A stretch of DNA of 64,000 bases from the IMG/VR virus record IMGVR_UViG_3300016471_001132, positions 1 to 64,000 of that record. One strand, given 5' to 3'. Source of the stretch: a virus. Every line of letters starts with the position of its first letter. Position 1 is the first letter of the stretch. Below are positions 7,993-17,802 of the stretch, in pieces. The position numbers and the translations under genes are program-made. The notes under the pieces are model-generated. The model searched no databases and was not told the origin of the DNA. It worked only from the letters and a program-made list of their open reading frames with translations.

Positions 7993-9087
7993 TTAGAATA
8001 GATCTACTCGTTCCCATGGCAATCCAGCTTTGCCAAAGTGCCCATAGGCCACGGTTTCGCTATAGATAGGACGGAACATGTCAAAGTGTTTGATGATGCC
8101 CAACGGAGTGAGATCCACGTTGTCTTTGACCCAGCGTGTCAGTGCTGCATCATCACCGTCGCTTTTGATATAGAAACTCATGGGCTGAGCAAGACCGATG
8201 GCATAACTGATCTGGCAAGTGACCTCTGTGGCACGGCCAGCTGCCACTATGTTCTTGGCAATGTAGCGCATCATATAAGCAGCCGATCGATCCACTTTCG
8301 TTGGGTCTTTGCCGGAGAATGCACCTCCACCATGGGGTGCGTACCCACCATATGTATCAACGATGATCTTACGGCCAGTGATACCACAATCGCCATCGGG
8401 TCCACCAATGACGAATCTACCAGTGGGATTGATATGGAACTCCGTCCGTTCGTCAATATACTTGCCAGGAAGAACAGCTCGGATCAAGTGTTCAACTGCT
8501 ACTCGGACTTCATGGATAGTAATAGATTCTGAGTGTTGTGTGGAGCATACTACTTTGTCGATCCTAGCCGGTGTGCCATCATCGTTATACTCAAATGTCA
8601 CTTGGCTCTTGGCGTCGGGCCCCAACCAAACTCCTGCGGGGGTTCGACGATGCCTCGACAGTGCTTCAACAATGCGGTGACTCCAGTAGATAGCCGACGG
8701 CATCAATGCTTCAGTCTCGACACAGGCATACCCAAACATCAGGCCCTGATCACCAGCACCAAATGCATCAGTTCCAAGCGCGATATCGGCACTTTGTCCG
8801 TGCATGAGATTAGTAAAGGTGAAATTGTCAGCATCAAACCCATCTTGATGATACCCAATACGATCTACTACTTTACGAATACGGTCCTCGATTATACCGG
8901 CATCAAATTCGCCCTTGTACTCACCGGCGATGATGACACGATTAGTTGTGACCAAGGTCTCACATGCGCAACGAACAGCGGTGCCGCCTTGCTCCATGAA
9001 ATAATCTACCACAGTATCTGATATAGCGTCCGCTACCTTGTCAGGATGTCCTTCAGCTACTGATTCACTTGTAAACAAATAACTCAT
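7993..9087 (-). CDS. metK: S-adenosylmethionine synthetase
   Basis: LFTSESVxEGHPDK, GAGDQG, GRFVIGGP, GGGAFSGKD motifs. Confidence 0.97.
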   Translation of the reverse strand: MSYLFTSESVAEGHPDKVADAISDTVVDYFMEQGGTAVRCACETLVTTNRVIIAGEYKGEFDAGIIEDRIRKVVDRIGYHQDGFDADNFTFTNLMHGQSADIALGTDAFGAGDQGLMFGYACVETEALMPSAIYWSHRIVEALSRHRRTPAGVWLGPDAKSQVTFEYNDDGTPARIDKVVCSTQHSESITIHEVRVAVEHLIRAVLPGKYIDERTEFHINPTGRFVIGGPDGDCGITGRKIIVDTYGGYAPHGGGAFSGKDPTKVDRSAAYMMRYIAKNIVAAGRATEVTCQISYAIGLAQPMSFYIKSDGDDAALTRWVKDNVDLTPLGIIKHFDMFRPIYSETVAYGHFGKAGLPWERVDLF

Positions 9088-9096
9088 ATTTTTTCC

Positions 9097-9987
9097 TTAG
9101 GTTCCCCAGGCATTGCGCCAGATATCCACTTGCAAGCGTGGGCTATAACGCCACCCACGCTCCATGGCCAATCGGGCCACTTCCTGTGTGTTCAAATTGT
9201 ATACTTGTGGAACTCCGCCCAATGGCATGAGATATATAGGTCCACCAAAACCAGCTTCGCGGAACTCGGCCACAGCACGATCCGCATCTTCTACATCCTT
9301 GCGAGTGGCCACGACGAACTTGAGGTAGGTATAACCAATCATCTCATAGCTCTTGACGATCTTGGGGTTGATAGCTTTGTCCCATGCTTCACCTGAGCAA
9401 GGCAGCTTTGGGCTCACTGAGAATGTCAGCTTGTCATAATCACGACCGTTGCGTGTAAACTCTTGATAAAGATACTCTCGCACTTCGGGGTACAGGGCTT
9501 GGCTACCATTGGTCTCGAATGTGAGATTGCGTAGTCCGTTGTCCTTGCACCGGTCAATCATCTGGGGATACAACCGCTGGTAGCCCAGCAAAGGTTCTCC
9601 GCCGGTGATCACCAAGTGTACATCATCGTTGGACCAGTCACCGCTCCATCGTCCGTTGGGGATCAAGGCCTGCATCTTGTCCACGATCACATCAGGTTCG
9701 TCCTGCTCATTGAAGCTCTTGAACTCAGGATAGATCGACGCATAAGTGTCACAGCCCGATGTGACCAATGGCAAGTCTTCAAACTTTTTGTATTTGTCAG
9801 GATTGGCTTTGACCATCTCGATGATGTCTACCACTTCGGGGTTGTGGCCTTCGAAGTCGTCGGTGCGACCAAACTTCCGGCATCGGAAGTTGCAACCATA
9901 AGTCCGGAAGAACACACTGGGCACACCGGCCCATTTGCCTTCGCCTTGCAAGCTGTAGAATACTTCTGTGTATGTGATTTTTTCCAT
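9097..9987 (-). CDS. queE: 7-carboxy-7-deazaguanine synthase (radical SAM)
   Basis: EVFYSLQGEG, FFRTYGCNFRC...CDT, VITGGEP, TFETNG, SVSPKL, SPRLQV motifs. Confidence 0.92.
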   Translation of the reverse strand: MEKITYTEVFYSLQGEGKWAGVPSVFFRTYGCNFRCRKFGRTDDFEGHNPEVVDIIEMVKANPDKYKKFEDLPLVTSGCDTYASIYPEFKSFNEQDEPDVIVDKMQALIPNGRWSGDWSNDDVHLVITGGEPLLGYQRLYPQMIDRCKDNGLRNLTFETNGSQALYPEVREYLYQEFTRNGRDYDKLTFSVSPKLPCSGEAWDKAINPKIVKSYEMIGYTYLKFVVATRKDVEDADRAVAEFREAGFGGPIYLMPLGGVPQVYNLNTQEVARLAMERGWRYSPRLQVDIWRNAWGT

Positions 9988-9995
9988 GATCTTAT

Positions 9996-10424
9996 TTAGA
10001 CAGACTCAAAAATTTCTTCTTGTAAATATCGTTTTAATTCTTTGTCAGTGGGCTCAACATCGTAATGCTGTTTGAAAAATATCTCATAACTGTCCGAGCC
10101 ATACTTTCCAATACCATACAACAGTGTAGCATCGTCGCCATCCCAGGTCAAGTAATCTCTGGTCATTCCAAACAATCTCTTGGTCCTCACATTGACCATT
10201 CCCAAGGGTTTTATAACCTCTTTGACTATCTCAGGGTCGGCTAGGGAGAAAAAAGCCGGTACGGGCCAGCGAGACATGAATTCTGGGAACACACGTTTCA
10301 CAGGCTTGCGACCGGTCTGGTTCAGCATGATGACAGCCACCATATGCTGCCACCGCCGGACCCAGGGATCACGGGATGGCAACTGTTGCTGGACCATGAG
10401 ATCATCGCGTAGGGGCTGGATCAT
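9996..10424 (-). CDS. HhH-GPD DNA glycosylase (MBD4-like catalytic domain)
   Basis: W..MVAVIMLNQT, PLG...R..RL and LYGIGKYGSDSY..F motifs. Confidence 0.75.
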   Translation of the reverse strand: MIQPLRDDLMVQQQLPSRDPWVRRWQHMVAVIMLNQTGRKPVKRVFPEFMSRWPVPAFFSLADPEIVKEVIKPLGMVNVRTKRLFGMTRDYLTWDGDDATLLYGIGKYGSDSYEIFFKQHYDVEPTDKELKRYLQEEIFESV

Positions 10425-10783
10425 CGGTCGTACACAAAAGGTGCTAGTTTAGGAGGTTCCCAGCCTTCGGGCTTGAGTACTTTGCCATCTTCGCGTTTAG
10501 TGACGCGTCCGGTCTTGGGATCTACTTTGTCAAAGTTTGATCGCATGACTTCTTTCCAAGCGCCTTCGGGATTCACCCCTAGACTATGTAGGGCACCCAC
10601 AGTGACGACTAAAATATCGATCAGGGCGTCAAGATCGTCCACGACATTGTCGCTGGCGCAAAGTTCATCAAATTCTTCCTTAATGAGATTGCAATACAGT
10701 TGATATTGTTCCAAATTCAACTGATCCGTGGTCTGACCACAGGCCTGCATGAATTTGCGCTGATCGTTGAATACATCACTCAT
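10421..10783 (-). CDS. MazG/PRA-PH-like nucleotide pyrophosphatase
   Basis: LIKEEFDEL...DALIDILVV, VMRSNFDK, GKVLKP motifs. Confidence 0.75.
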   Translation of the reverse strand: MSDVFNDQRKFMQACGQTTDQLNLEQYQLYCNLIKEEFDELCASDNVVDDLDALIDILVVTVGALHSLGVNPEGAWKEVMRSNFDKVDPKTGRVTKREDGKVLKPEGWEPPKLAPFVYDR

Positions 10784-11396
10784 TTAAGTCTTTCTGGATG
10801 CGGCGTTGCAGATAACTCAGTAGTAGACCATACGCTGGTAAGATCACTACTAGACTGACGATGATCTTGCTGATGCTGTTATTGGTAGCCACCACATGCC
10901 AGTTCGCTGCCATGAACTCGTTGGCACCCTGGTAGAATGCTGTGAAAAAGAACACATAGGTGTCAATGAATGTAGACACCACTGCGCTTAGGCTAGGTGC
11001 GATCCACCAGGTCTTGTAGCGTTCACGGAAATACTGGAACACATACACATCAAGCAAATTGCTGATCAAGTAAGCCACACCGGAGCCTAGGCCGATACGG
11101 AAGGCGGTGCTCCAAGGAGCTCCACCAAAGCCTACTACCAAGACCGAAACGATGATGGCTGGGATGAACGCCAGACCGATCACTGCTCGTCCCAGTTCCT
11201 TGCCCAACAACCTAACTGTGAGGTCGGTCAAGACCACCACCAAGGGGAAAGTGAACGCTGCTACAGCCAATGGGTTGCCAGCGATGTCGATCTTGAACTG
11301 CACCAGATAGTTGCTGACAGCGATGATGATCACATGCGCGATCATGAGTTTGTAGGCCAAAGCCCGATCAATACCATTTAAAATCTTAGCCAACAT
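10776..11396 (-). CDS. yhhQ: queuosine-precursor transporter (VUT/YhhQ family)
   Basis: Multi-TM protein; SNYLVQ, FTFPLVVVLTDLTVR..G, SNLLDVYVF, IDTYVFF motifs. Confidence 0.85.
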   Translation of the reverse strand: MLAKILNGIDRALAYKLMIAHVIIIAVSNYLVQFKIDIAGNPLAVAAFTFPLVVVLTDLTVRLLGKELGRAVIGLAFIPAIIVSVLVVGFGGAPWSTAFRIGLGSGVAYLISNLLDVYVFQYFRERYKTWWIAPSLSAVVSTFIDTYVFFFTAFYQGANEFMAANWHVVATNNSISKIIVSLVVILPAYGLLLSYLQRRIQKDLNE

Positions 11397-11407
11397 GTGA
11401 TTCTCCT

Positions 11408-11905
11408 TTAGTTATGTTGTTCTTCTGGGTTCCAGCGTCTCCACCACTCTTCCCAAGGGAAAACGATCCATTGTGGATCTGACACTTTGTTGATGGATTC
11501 TGCTGAGTAATCCGGCGTGTGTATGCTATCGCTGGCTTCGTTGTCGTACAGTACAGCCACACGCACATTCCTGCCCCAATCCACTTCTGGACCCCAATCA
11601 TCCTGTATCCAGTTGAGTGTAGCACCCGAGTCGTTGATGTCATCCACAATCAGGATGTTGAGTGAATCGACAGCATCGCCTTGCATCCAGAGATTGCTCT
11701 CGCAATCCGTGTCATCATCACGCAGGCTGACTTTGAGAGTATGCATGGGCACATTGAGATACTGGCTGATGAGATTGGCTGGAGTAAGTCCACCACGAGT
11801 GATACCCACCACATAGTCAGGTACCCAACGATCTGCCCACATCTGGCGCACCAGTTCCTGCACCTGGCGCTGTACATCATTCCAACTCACATAGACTTTT
11901 TTCAT
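11408..11905 (-). CDS. type I phosphoribosyltransferase (xanthine/guanine PRT-like)
   Basis: VVGITRGGL, ILIVDDINDSGATL and WIVFPWE motifs. Confidence 0.88.
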   Translation of the reverse strand: MKKVYVSWNDVQRQVQELVRQMWADRWVPDYVVGITRGGLTPANLISQYLNVPMHTLKVSLRDDDTDCESNLWMQGDAVDSLNILIVDDINDSGATLNWIQDDWGPEVDWGRNVRVAVLYDNEASDSIHTPDYSAESINKVSDPQWIVFPWEEWWRRWNPEEQHN

Positions 11906-12885
11906 GCAGCCTTTCGATCTTCTACATTGTTAGACAGCTGTTCCGAGATCCAGGCATAGGTCTTCTCGATACCATACTCGAGATTCTCGTCAGGACTCCA
12001 ACCTATGGTCTCTCGTATCAGCTTGTTGTGGCTGTTACGACCCATCACGCCCATTGGACCTGGTATATTTTTGATTGTAACAGGTTTGCCTGCGATGGTC
12101 GATATCAGTTGGACCAATCCGTTGATAGAAATCATCCGTTCTGATCCCAAATTCAGGGGGATATCACAATCAGATTCCATGATGCGATGGATGCCTTGGA
12201 TGCACTCGTCGATGTACAGGAACGATCTCGTCTGGATACCAGGACCCCATACCTCTACTTCACCATTGGTGCTGGCAGCAACTTTCCGGCACAAGGCAGC
12301 CGGCGCCTTTTCTTTGCCGTTGTTCCAACTGCCCAATGGCCCAAAGATGTTGTGGAAACGGGCGATCCTGGCACGGATTCCATAGTTCTTGGCGAAGGCC
12401 ATGAACAGGCGTTCGGAAAACAGTTTCTCCCAACCATATTCACTGTCGGGATTGGCAGGATAGGCCGACTCCTCGCTCAAGAGAGGATTGTCAGGATCTT
12501 CTTGATTATGGCTGGGATACATGCAGGCCGAGCTGGAATAGAACACATTTTTGACGCCCTTCTTCACCATCTCTTCTGCGATGTTGAGATTGATCATGGC
12601 CGAGTTGTGCATGATGTTGGCATCGTTTTCACCAGTGAAGATGTAGCCAGCACCGCCCATGTCCGCAGCCAGCTGATAGATAGTGTCGATATCTGGAGTC
12701 ACCAGTTGTCGTACATTCCGCTGCTCGCGCAGATCCATGAGATAGAATTCGTCGGCATCGCTTTTTTTATACTCGTGCTGTTTGATGTCAGCACCAATCA
12801 CATAATAACCTTTGCGTTTGAGATCGGTCACGAGATGCCCGCCTATAAAACCACCTGCTCCACATACCAAGACTTTTTTCTGCAT
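11902..12885 (-). CDS. GDP-mannose 3',5'-epimerase-like SDR; start revised to MQKKV at 12885
   Basis: GAGGFIG, LAADMGG.GYI, SSACMYP, YGWEKL, TRSFLYID motifs. Confidence 0.88.
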   Translation of the reverse strand: MQKKVLVCGAGGFIGGHLVTDLKRKGYYVIGADIKQHEYKKSDADEFYLMDLREQRNVRQLVTPDIDTIYQLAADMGGAGYIFTGENDANIMHNSAMINLNIAEEMVKKGVKNVFYSSSACMYPSHNQEDPDNPLLSEESAYPANPDSEYGWEKLFSERLFMAFAKNYGIRARIARFHNIFGPLGSWNNGKEKAPAALCRKVAASTNGEVEVWGPGIQTRSFLYIDECIQGIHRIMESDCDIPLNLGSERMISINGLVQLISTIAGKPVTIKNIPGPMGVMGRNSHNKLIRETIGWSPDENLEYGIEKTYAWISEQLSNNVEDRKAA

Positions 12886-12905
12886 TTTATTTTCCTTTAA
12901 AATAT

Positions 12906-13520
12906 CTATGCTCGTTCTAACTGGTAAAATTGCCAGTACTGTCCATTCCATCCGTGATATGATCCGGGATCAAAATATTTAGACTTCACGATTTGCAATC
13001 CTGCAACATCACACAAGTGTTGAATCTCCTCTTCGGTTCGGAAAAAATGCATGCCGCTGTCGATGAGTTGATGGCGGATTTTATGGCTAACATTTTCCAA
13101 GGCGTCGGCACTTTTGAGACAACTAAACTGACAATAGATCTTACCGCCGGGCAAAAGATTTATCGACCGCAAAATACGCTCGCACTCTTTGTCATCGCAG
13201 TGTATCATGACCAGGTGGCATATCGCCATGTCTACAGGCGGGATCTGGTCAATTTGTTGGGTGTGCCATGCACCAGATGTGTAAGGTCCGGCTTTGGTCA
13301 AGGCTTTGTCGCTGATATCTGTACAATACAAAGTCGCCACCAGTTTAGACAGAGGTTCGGTCACTGTGACTAGCCCCACACCTATCTCTAGACATTTGAT
13401 ATTTGCTAGACTTTCCTTGGTCAAATCATAGGCCTTAAGGATCTGGTCTAGGCTGGTGCCCGTAAGCCATGTTCTGGTATTTTGGGTGTGCTGATCTTCC
13501 CAGAACTCTTTGATGCTCAT
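12906..13520 (-). CDS. class I SAM-dependent methyltransferase
   Basis: CLEIGVG motif I; CTDIS motif. Confidence 0.7.
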   Translation of the reverse strand: MSIKEFWEDQHTQNTRTWLTGTSLDQILKAYDLTKESLANIKCLEIGVGLVTVTEPLSKLVATLYCTDISDKALTKAGPYTSGAWHTQQIDQIPPVDMAICHLVMIHCDDKECERILRSINLLPGGKIYCQFSCLKSADALENVSHKIRHQLIDSGMHFFRTEEEIQHLCDVAGLQIVKSKYFDPGSYHGWNGQYWQFYQLERA

Positions 13521-14353
13521 TGGCCGGATCCTAGCATCTGTTCCACTATGCGGGCTATACCTTGTCGTAGGCCTATTTCCGGTTGCCAGTACTGCAGAAT
13601 ATGTGGATCAGGTTCATTCTTCGCATCTTTTTGCACAGTGTCTTTTCCCTCTGCAGGCCGTATCACAGTCCCTGGGAAATGTTCTGCTATGATAGCAGCG
13701 ACCTCTAGCATGGTCGACCATTGGAAGTTGGTGATATGATATTCTTTATCTTTTGGCAAAGTTTGATATCGTTGAGCCAGCACATACAAAGCCCTGCTGC
13801 AGTCATCGGCGTGCAACATCTGTCGGCTTTCGGTTCCATCGGTCCGCATGTCAATGACTTTTTTGTCACGCGCCTTGTTGATAAAGTCAGTGACCACATG
13901 GGTTTTTTCTGGATCAAGTTCTATGCCATAGACATTCCAAAATTTCACTACAAGGCCATCCAATGTGCGAGTGATCTTTTCGGCCAAACTTTTGGTCAGT
14001 CCGTACGAACTATAGCTCATACTGGCCATCTGGCTGGAAGCAAAAATAAATGGTTTTTTGGCTTCTCGCAGGCATTCAAACACATTGTGCATGATGGCCA
14101 CGTTGTTCATCATGAATTCATAGGTGTCTTGGTATCGGGCCAGATAGGTACTACCGCCCACGTCCCATGCTAGGAAGTATACAAAATCACAGTCGTCCAG
14201 CGCCCGGCGCAGTCCGGGATTATACAAGCGACGAAGATCATATCGACCACCGTCCGCGATATCAAATTCTACCACTTGATGTCCTTGGGCACGGAGATAC
14301 TGGCACAGGCTGAGCCCTATCTGTCCTTTGGATCCCAACACTAGATATTTCAT
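13517..14353 (-). CDS. NAD-dependent epimerase/dehydratase; start revised to MKYLV at 14353
   Basis: GSKGQIG, FASS, YGLTK motifs; ATGA overlap. Confidence 0.85.
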   Translation of the reverse strand: MKYLVLGSKGQIGLSLCQYLRAQGHQVVEFDIADGGRYDLRRLYNPGLRRALDDCDFVYFLAWDVGGSTYLARYQDTYEFMMNNVAIMHNVFECLREAKKPFIFASSQMASMSYSSYGLTKSLAEKITRTLDGLVVKFWNVYGIELDPEKTHVVTDFINKARDKKVIDMRTDGTESRQMLHADDCSRALYVLAQRYQTLPKDKEYHITNFQWSTMLEVAAIIAEHFPGTVIRPAEGKDTVQKDAKNEPDPHILQYWQPEIGLRQGIARIVEQMLGSGQ

Positions 14354-14958
14354 CGGATGATCTGGCCTTTTTTGCGCAATATGGTCAATCCATGATTGAC
14401 CGGAATGGTGCTCCACTCCCACACAGCGGAATCTAGTTCAGCCACAGCACGATAAGGACCGCCACCGGCCCATTGGGCATCAGTGGTGTCTGGATCTGAT
14501 CTATAGTTGGGATGCCCAAATGAATGCATTAGGTCATGCAGGAGGATAACAGTAGAAGGCGTGCAGATTGGCGCTAGTAGTTCCAATTCACGTTTGACAT
14601 GAGGATAACTGTGCCAATCGTCGATGTAGATGAGATCGTATTGGCCGGGTCGAGCAGGATCTATATTTTGTTCTAGCCATGCATGAGCATCGCTTTGGAA
14701 AAATTTCCAATAAAGTTTGAGATCTTCTGGACACCGGAATGTTGTCTGATCGAGATCAACAGAATGCACGGATCCACCCAATTCTTTGGCGGCACAGAGA
14801 AATGGCAAAGTTGTGTTGCCGGTGCGCACCCCTAATTCCAATATCTTTCTCGCATGGATCTGCATGGCAATGCTGAAGCAAGTTAATACATGGCGATCGC
14901 TGTCTTCTTGGCCGTGTTTTACCTTGTTGAGGAGATATTGATAGATTTCTGATCTCAT
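14350..14958 (-). CDS. class I SAM methyltransferase (Methyltransf_24-like)
   Basis: ILELGVRTG, SVD, DLIYIDDWH, ILLHD motifs. Confidence 0.8.
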   Translation of the reverse strand: MRSEIYQYLLNKVKHGQEDSDRHVLTCFSIAMQIHARKILELGVRTGNTTLPFLCAAKELGGSVHSVDLDQTTFRCPEDLKLYWKFFQSDAHAWLEQNIDPARPGQYDLIYIDDWHSYPHVKRELELLAPICTPSTVILLHDLMHSFGHPNYRSDPDTTDAQWAGGGPYRAVAELDSAVWEWSTIPVNHGLTILRKKGQIIR

Positions 14959-15884
14959 TTGATGTCCTTAATGATTTCTGGCAGGTCCTGATCTTTGAAC
15001 CCCCAGTCGGTGGTTCCGGGCTGGGCGGCCAGACCCTTGATATCTAGACTGCCAAACGCCACATCCTGCGGGCGTCGATCGTGATGCTGATGGAACACGC
15101 ACAAAGGGCTGACCCAGACCTGCTGTTTGATCTGAGCTGAGCCAAAGCGCATGAGGCTGATGCTGTCGACGTGCCATCTGTGTTGGATGGTTTCATACAT
15201 GCCGCGTACGGTGAAGAAGACTTCTCTGGCCGCCAACATAAAATCGCCGCAGCCATTGGTATGCCAAGCATCTGCCGCGATTCCCGAACGGGGCAAGAGA
15301 TCTAAGGTTCGTTCATTTTCATGCACGGGTTCGCTCACGCTGGTAGCATCGGCCATGGCATGCACCACAAAAGTATTCTTGACAGCGAAATCCTGCAGAT
15401 CTTTGCTGTCTACATCGCAGATGCCCTCAGTATGAAAGTCATAACGATCTGTGCGATAAACGGTGTCTGCCCGCAGGCGTTGTTTTGCGATCTCGTCAAT
15501 AAGTTCTTGAGTGAAAATGATATCTGGGTTGGTCACCAGCACAAATTCTCCCCGAGCACGACGGATACCCACATTTTTACCGTGAAATTCCAACACAGGA
15601 TGTTCAGTGCCAATGGTATTATGTAACTCTGCAGACACTGTTACGACTCTCACTGGTAGATGATGCGTATCATCTACCACATCAGCCAAAGGGGCGTAAC
15701 CATCCAAGGGGTTCCATTCCACGACAATCAGTTCGAACACTCCGGGATAACCAGCGGTCTGATGATCCAAGCTGCGCACGAAAGTATTGATACGGCCGAC
15801 AAAATCGTCACCATAGCCATCATTGCGGCCCACTATGACCACGCTGACATAGGGTTTGTTGTTGCTAGTGGTTTTCTTTTTCAT
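14955..15884 (-). CDS. GT-A fold glycosyltransferase
   Basis: VSVVIVGRND, KNVGIRRARGEFVLVTNPDI, HQHH motifs. Confidence 0.75.
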   Translation of the reverse strand: MKKKTTSNNKPYVSVVIVGRNDGYGDDFVGRINTFVRSLDHQTAGYPGVFELIVVEWNPLDGYAPLADVVDDTHHLPVRVVTVSAELHNTIGTEHPVLEFHGKNVGIRRARGEFVLVTNPDIIFTQELIDEIAKQRLRADTVYRTDRYDFHTEGICDVDSKDLQDFAVKNTFVVHAMADATSVSEPVHENERTLDLLPRSGIAADAWHTNGCGDFMLAAREVFFTVRGMYETIQHRWHVDSISLMRFGSAQIKQQVWVSPLCVFHQHHDRRPQDVAFGSLDIKGLAAQPGTTDWGFKDQDLPEIIKDIK

Positions 15885-17029
15885 GTTGGGATCTCGATTA
15901 CATCTCCGGCCTGGGCCAGTGTTTGGAAATTCACATATCCGGCATATCGCAGGGCTAGTGTTTGGCGCACAGACTCTGGCATCTTGACACAGGGTTCTAT
16001 AATCATTGAATATCCTTGATCAAGCAGTTGTTTGCACAGTGCCAACTGTTGGCTTTCTTCGTAGATGTCAGTATCGGGCTTGTAACTGATAGATCTCATG
16101 TAGAATGGCTTGCGATCTGGGTTAAGCGATATAAAGTAGTTGGCCAAGAAAGCAGTGTGATCTCGGTTGAACTGGTCTACTATGGTGCCCAAAGGAAAGT
16201 CCAATCCTATCTTGCGAGCGTAGTGAGCGAATGCACGATTGTCTCGCGGTAAGCATGGTCCACCATAGCCAAATCCATAACGAAGATATTTGTTACCAAT
16301 CCTGCTGTCCGCACCGATGGCCCGCAGGGCGCGATCTACATCCTCTTCCAGTCCTGATCTTACCAGCACTTCGCCCACCATGTTGGCATAACTGATCTTG
16401 GTAGTGAGGAAACAGTTGGTCCCGATCTTGACCAGTTCGGCAGCCGTGAGGCTCATGGTATGCACATTGGGAGATTTCTCGGATTGGATCTTGTCATAAA
16501 CCAGTTTGTATCGATCCATGACTTCTTGATCTTCGCCGCCGATCAACACCATGTCAGCATGCTCGAGATCGCGGATGATGGATCCCTGGGCGATAAATTC
16601 GGGATTGTACAAAACATGCACACCACGGTCGCGCAACTGATCCTGTATCTTCTGGCAATCGCCGGGATTGGTAGTACATCCGATCACTAATACTTTTCCA
16701 GAGATATCAAACGCAGATTCTGCCACATCCTGCACCACACGCTCTACTGCAGTGATGTCATAGCTACCGTCGGCGCGGCTGGGTGTGGCCACCATGACAT
16801 AGATGATATCGCTTTGTTGTATCACGGCCCGTGTGTCGGTAGTGAAATCGATATTGCAATCTGGCAACATTTCAGCCACACCGGGTTCGGTGGTGGTGAT
16901 GCGACGATCGTTGAGTCCGGCCACATAGTTGGTCCTGATGTCACTGCCGATCACGCGATGTCCACCTCGATCCAACAGCAGTGCGAAACAGATGCCGAGT
17001 CTGCCTACTCCGATAACTCCAATGTTCAT
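15881..17029 (-). CDS. ugd: UDP-glucose/GDP-mannose 6-dehydrogenase; start revised to MNIG at 17029
   Basis: GVGRLG, YNPEF..G, AELVK...N, GFGYGGPCLPRD motifs. Confidence 0.9.
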   Translation of the reverse strand: MNIGVIGVGRLGICFALLLDRGGHRVIGSDIRTNYVAGLNDRRITTTEPGVAEMLPDCNIDFTTDTRAVIQQSDIIYVMVATPSRADGSYDITAVERVVQDVAESAFDISGKVLVIGCTTNPGDCQKIQDQLRDRGVHVLYNPEFIAQGSIIRDLEHADMVLIGGEDQEVMDRYKLVYDKIQSEKSPNVHTMSLTAAELVKIGTNCFLTTKISYANMVGEVLVRSGLEEDVDRALRAIGADSRIGNKYLRYGFGYGGPCLPRDNRAFAHYARKIGLDFPLGTIVDQFNRDHTAFLANYFISLNPDRKPFYMRSISYKPDTDIYEESQQLALCKQLLDQGYSMIIEPCVKMPESVRQTLALRYAGYVNFQTLAQAGDVIEIPT

Positions 17030-17802
17030 AGTTTCTCCGCTGTGATCATGAGATGCCAGCCCAACCTCTTCTCCAGCACGCGGAAGATTTCTGGAGGCAT
17101 GTGTTCGAACCAAGGCTGTTTCAAATATTGGCCGGCCTTGTAAGGTTCAATCTGAAAAGGAAATATATGATCTTGCTCAACAGAAACAATGCGGAATCCC
17201 GAACCGATCATGCTGATCAACTGGTCTTCGGTGTAAGTGTACGCGATGGGACAACCATATTGAGCTTCTGGTTGATCGTGCCCTGCTTCGATCATGAAGT
17301 TTTTCCAAGAATTGGCTGCATAAACCATGACTTTGAGAACAGTGCCCGGACGCATGTAAGACTGTGCTTGTCGCAATATCTCTGCAGGATTGGGGCTGTG
17401 ATGTATGACTCCCCAGGTAAACACAAGATCATATTCCTGCACGGGTACGAAATCCGTCATCTGTTCAGCATTGCCTTGATAGAATCGACCCTGATGGCCA
17501 TAGACATCAAATCTTTGTTGGGTCAGTGCAAGACTTTCTTTGCTAAGTTCTATACCTGTGTAATCGGCGCCAGCTCGGGCGAAATTGATTGCCATGGTAC
17601 CGATGCCCGAACCAATCTCCAGCACCTTTTTACCTTGCCACCGATCGAACTCACAAAAGGCCGGGATGTGGGGTTCTGCTGTGAGTTTTTTCTGTTCTAC
17701 TTCATCAAAATATTCTTTTGACCCTATGGGTTTGTTACTGTGCCTGACGTTGCAAGGTCTTGCGTCCCAAAACTCCTGCACTTGTTGGATGGTCACGGTC
17801 AT
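17026..17802 (-). CDS. class I SAM-dependent methyltransferase
   Basis: VLEIGSGIG, GIELS, YDLVFTWGVIHH motifs. Confidence 0.85.
   Translation of the reverse strand: MTVTIQQVQEFWDARPCNVRHSNKPIGSKEYFDEVEQKKLTAEPHIPAFCEFDRWQGKKVLEIGSGIGTMAINFARAGADYTGIELSKESLALTQQRFDVYGHQGRFYQGNAEQMTDFVPVQEYDLVFTWGVIHHSPNPAEILRQAQSYMRPGTVLKVMVYAANSWKNFMIEAGHDQPEAQYGCPIAYTYTEDQLISMIGSGFRIVSVEQDHIFPFQIEPYKAGQYLKQPWFEHMPPEIFRVLEKRLGWHLMITAEKL

Noticed and set aside
9088-9096. SAM riboswitch upstream of metK
   Set aside because: Only a 9-nt gap with an SD separates queE and metK, leaving no room for an aptamer.
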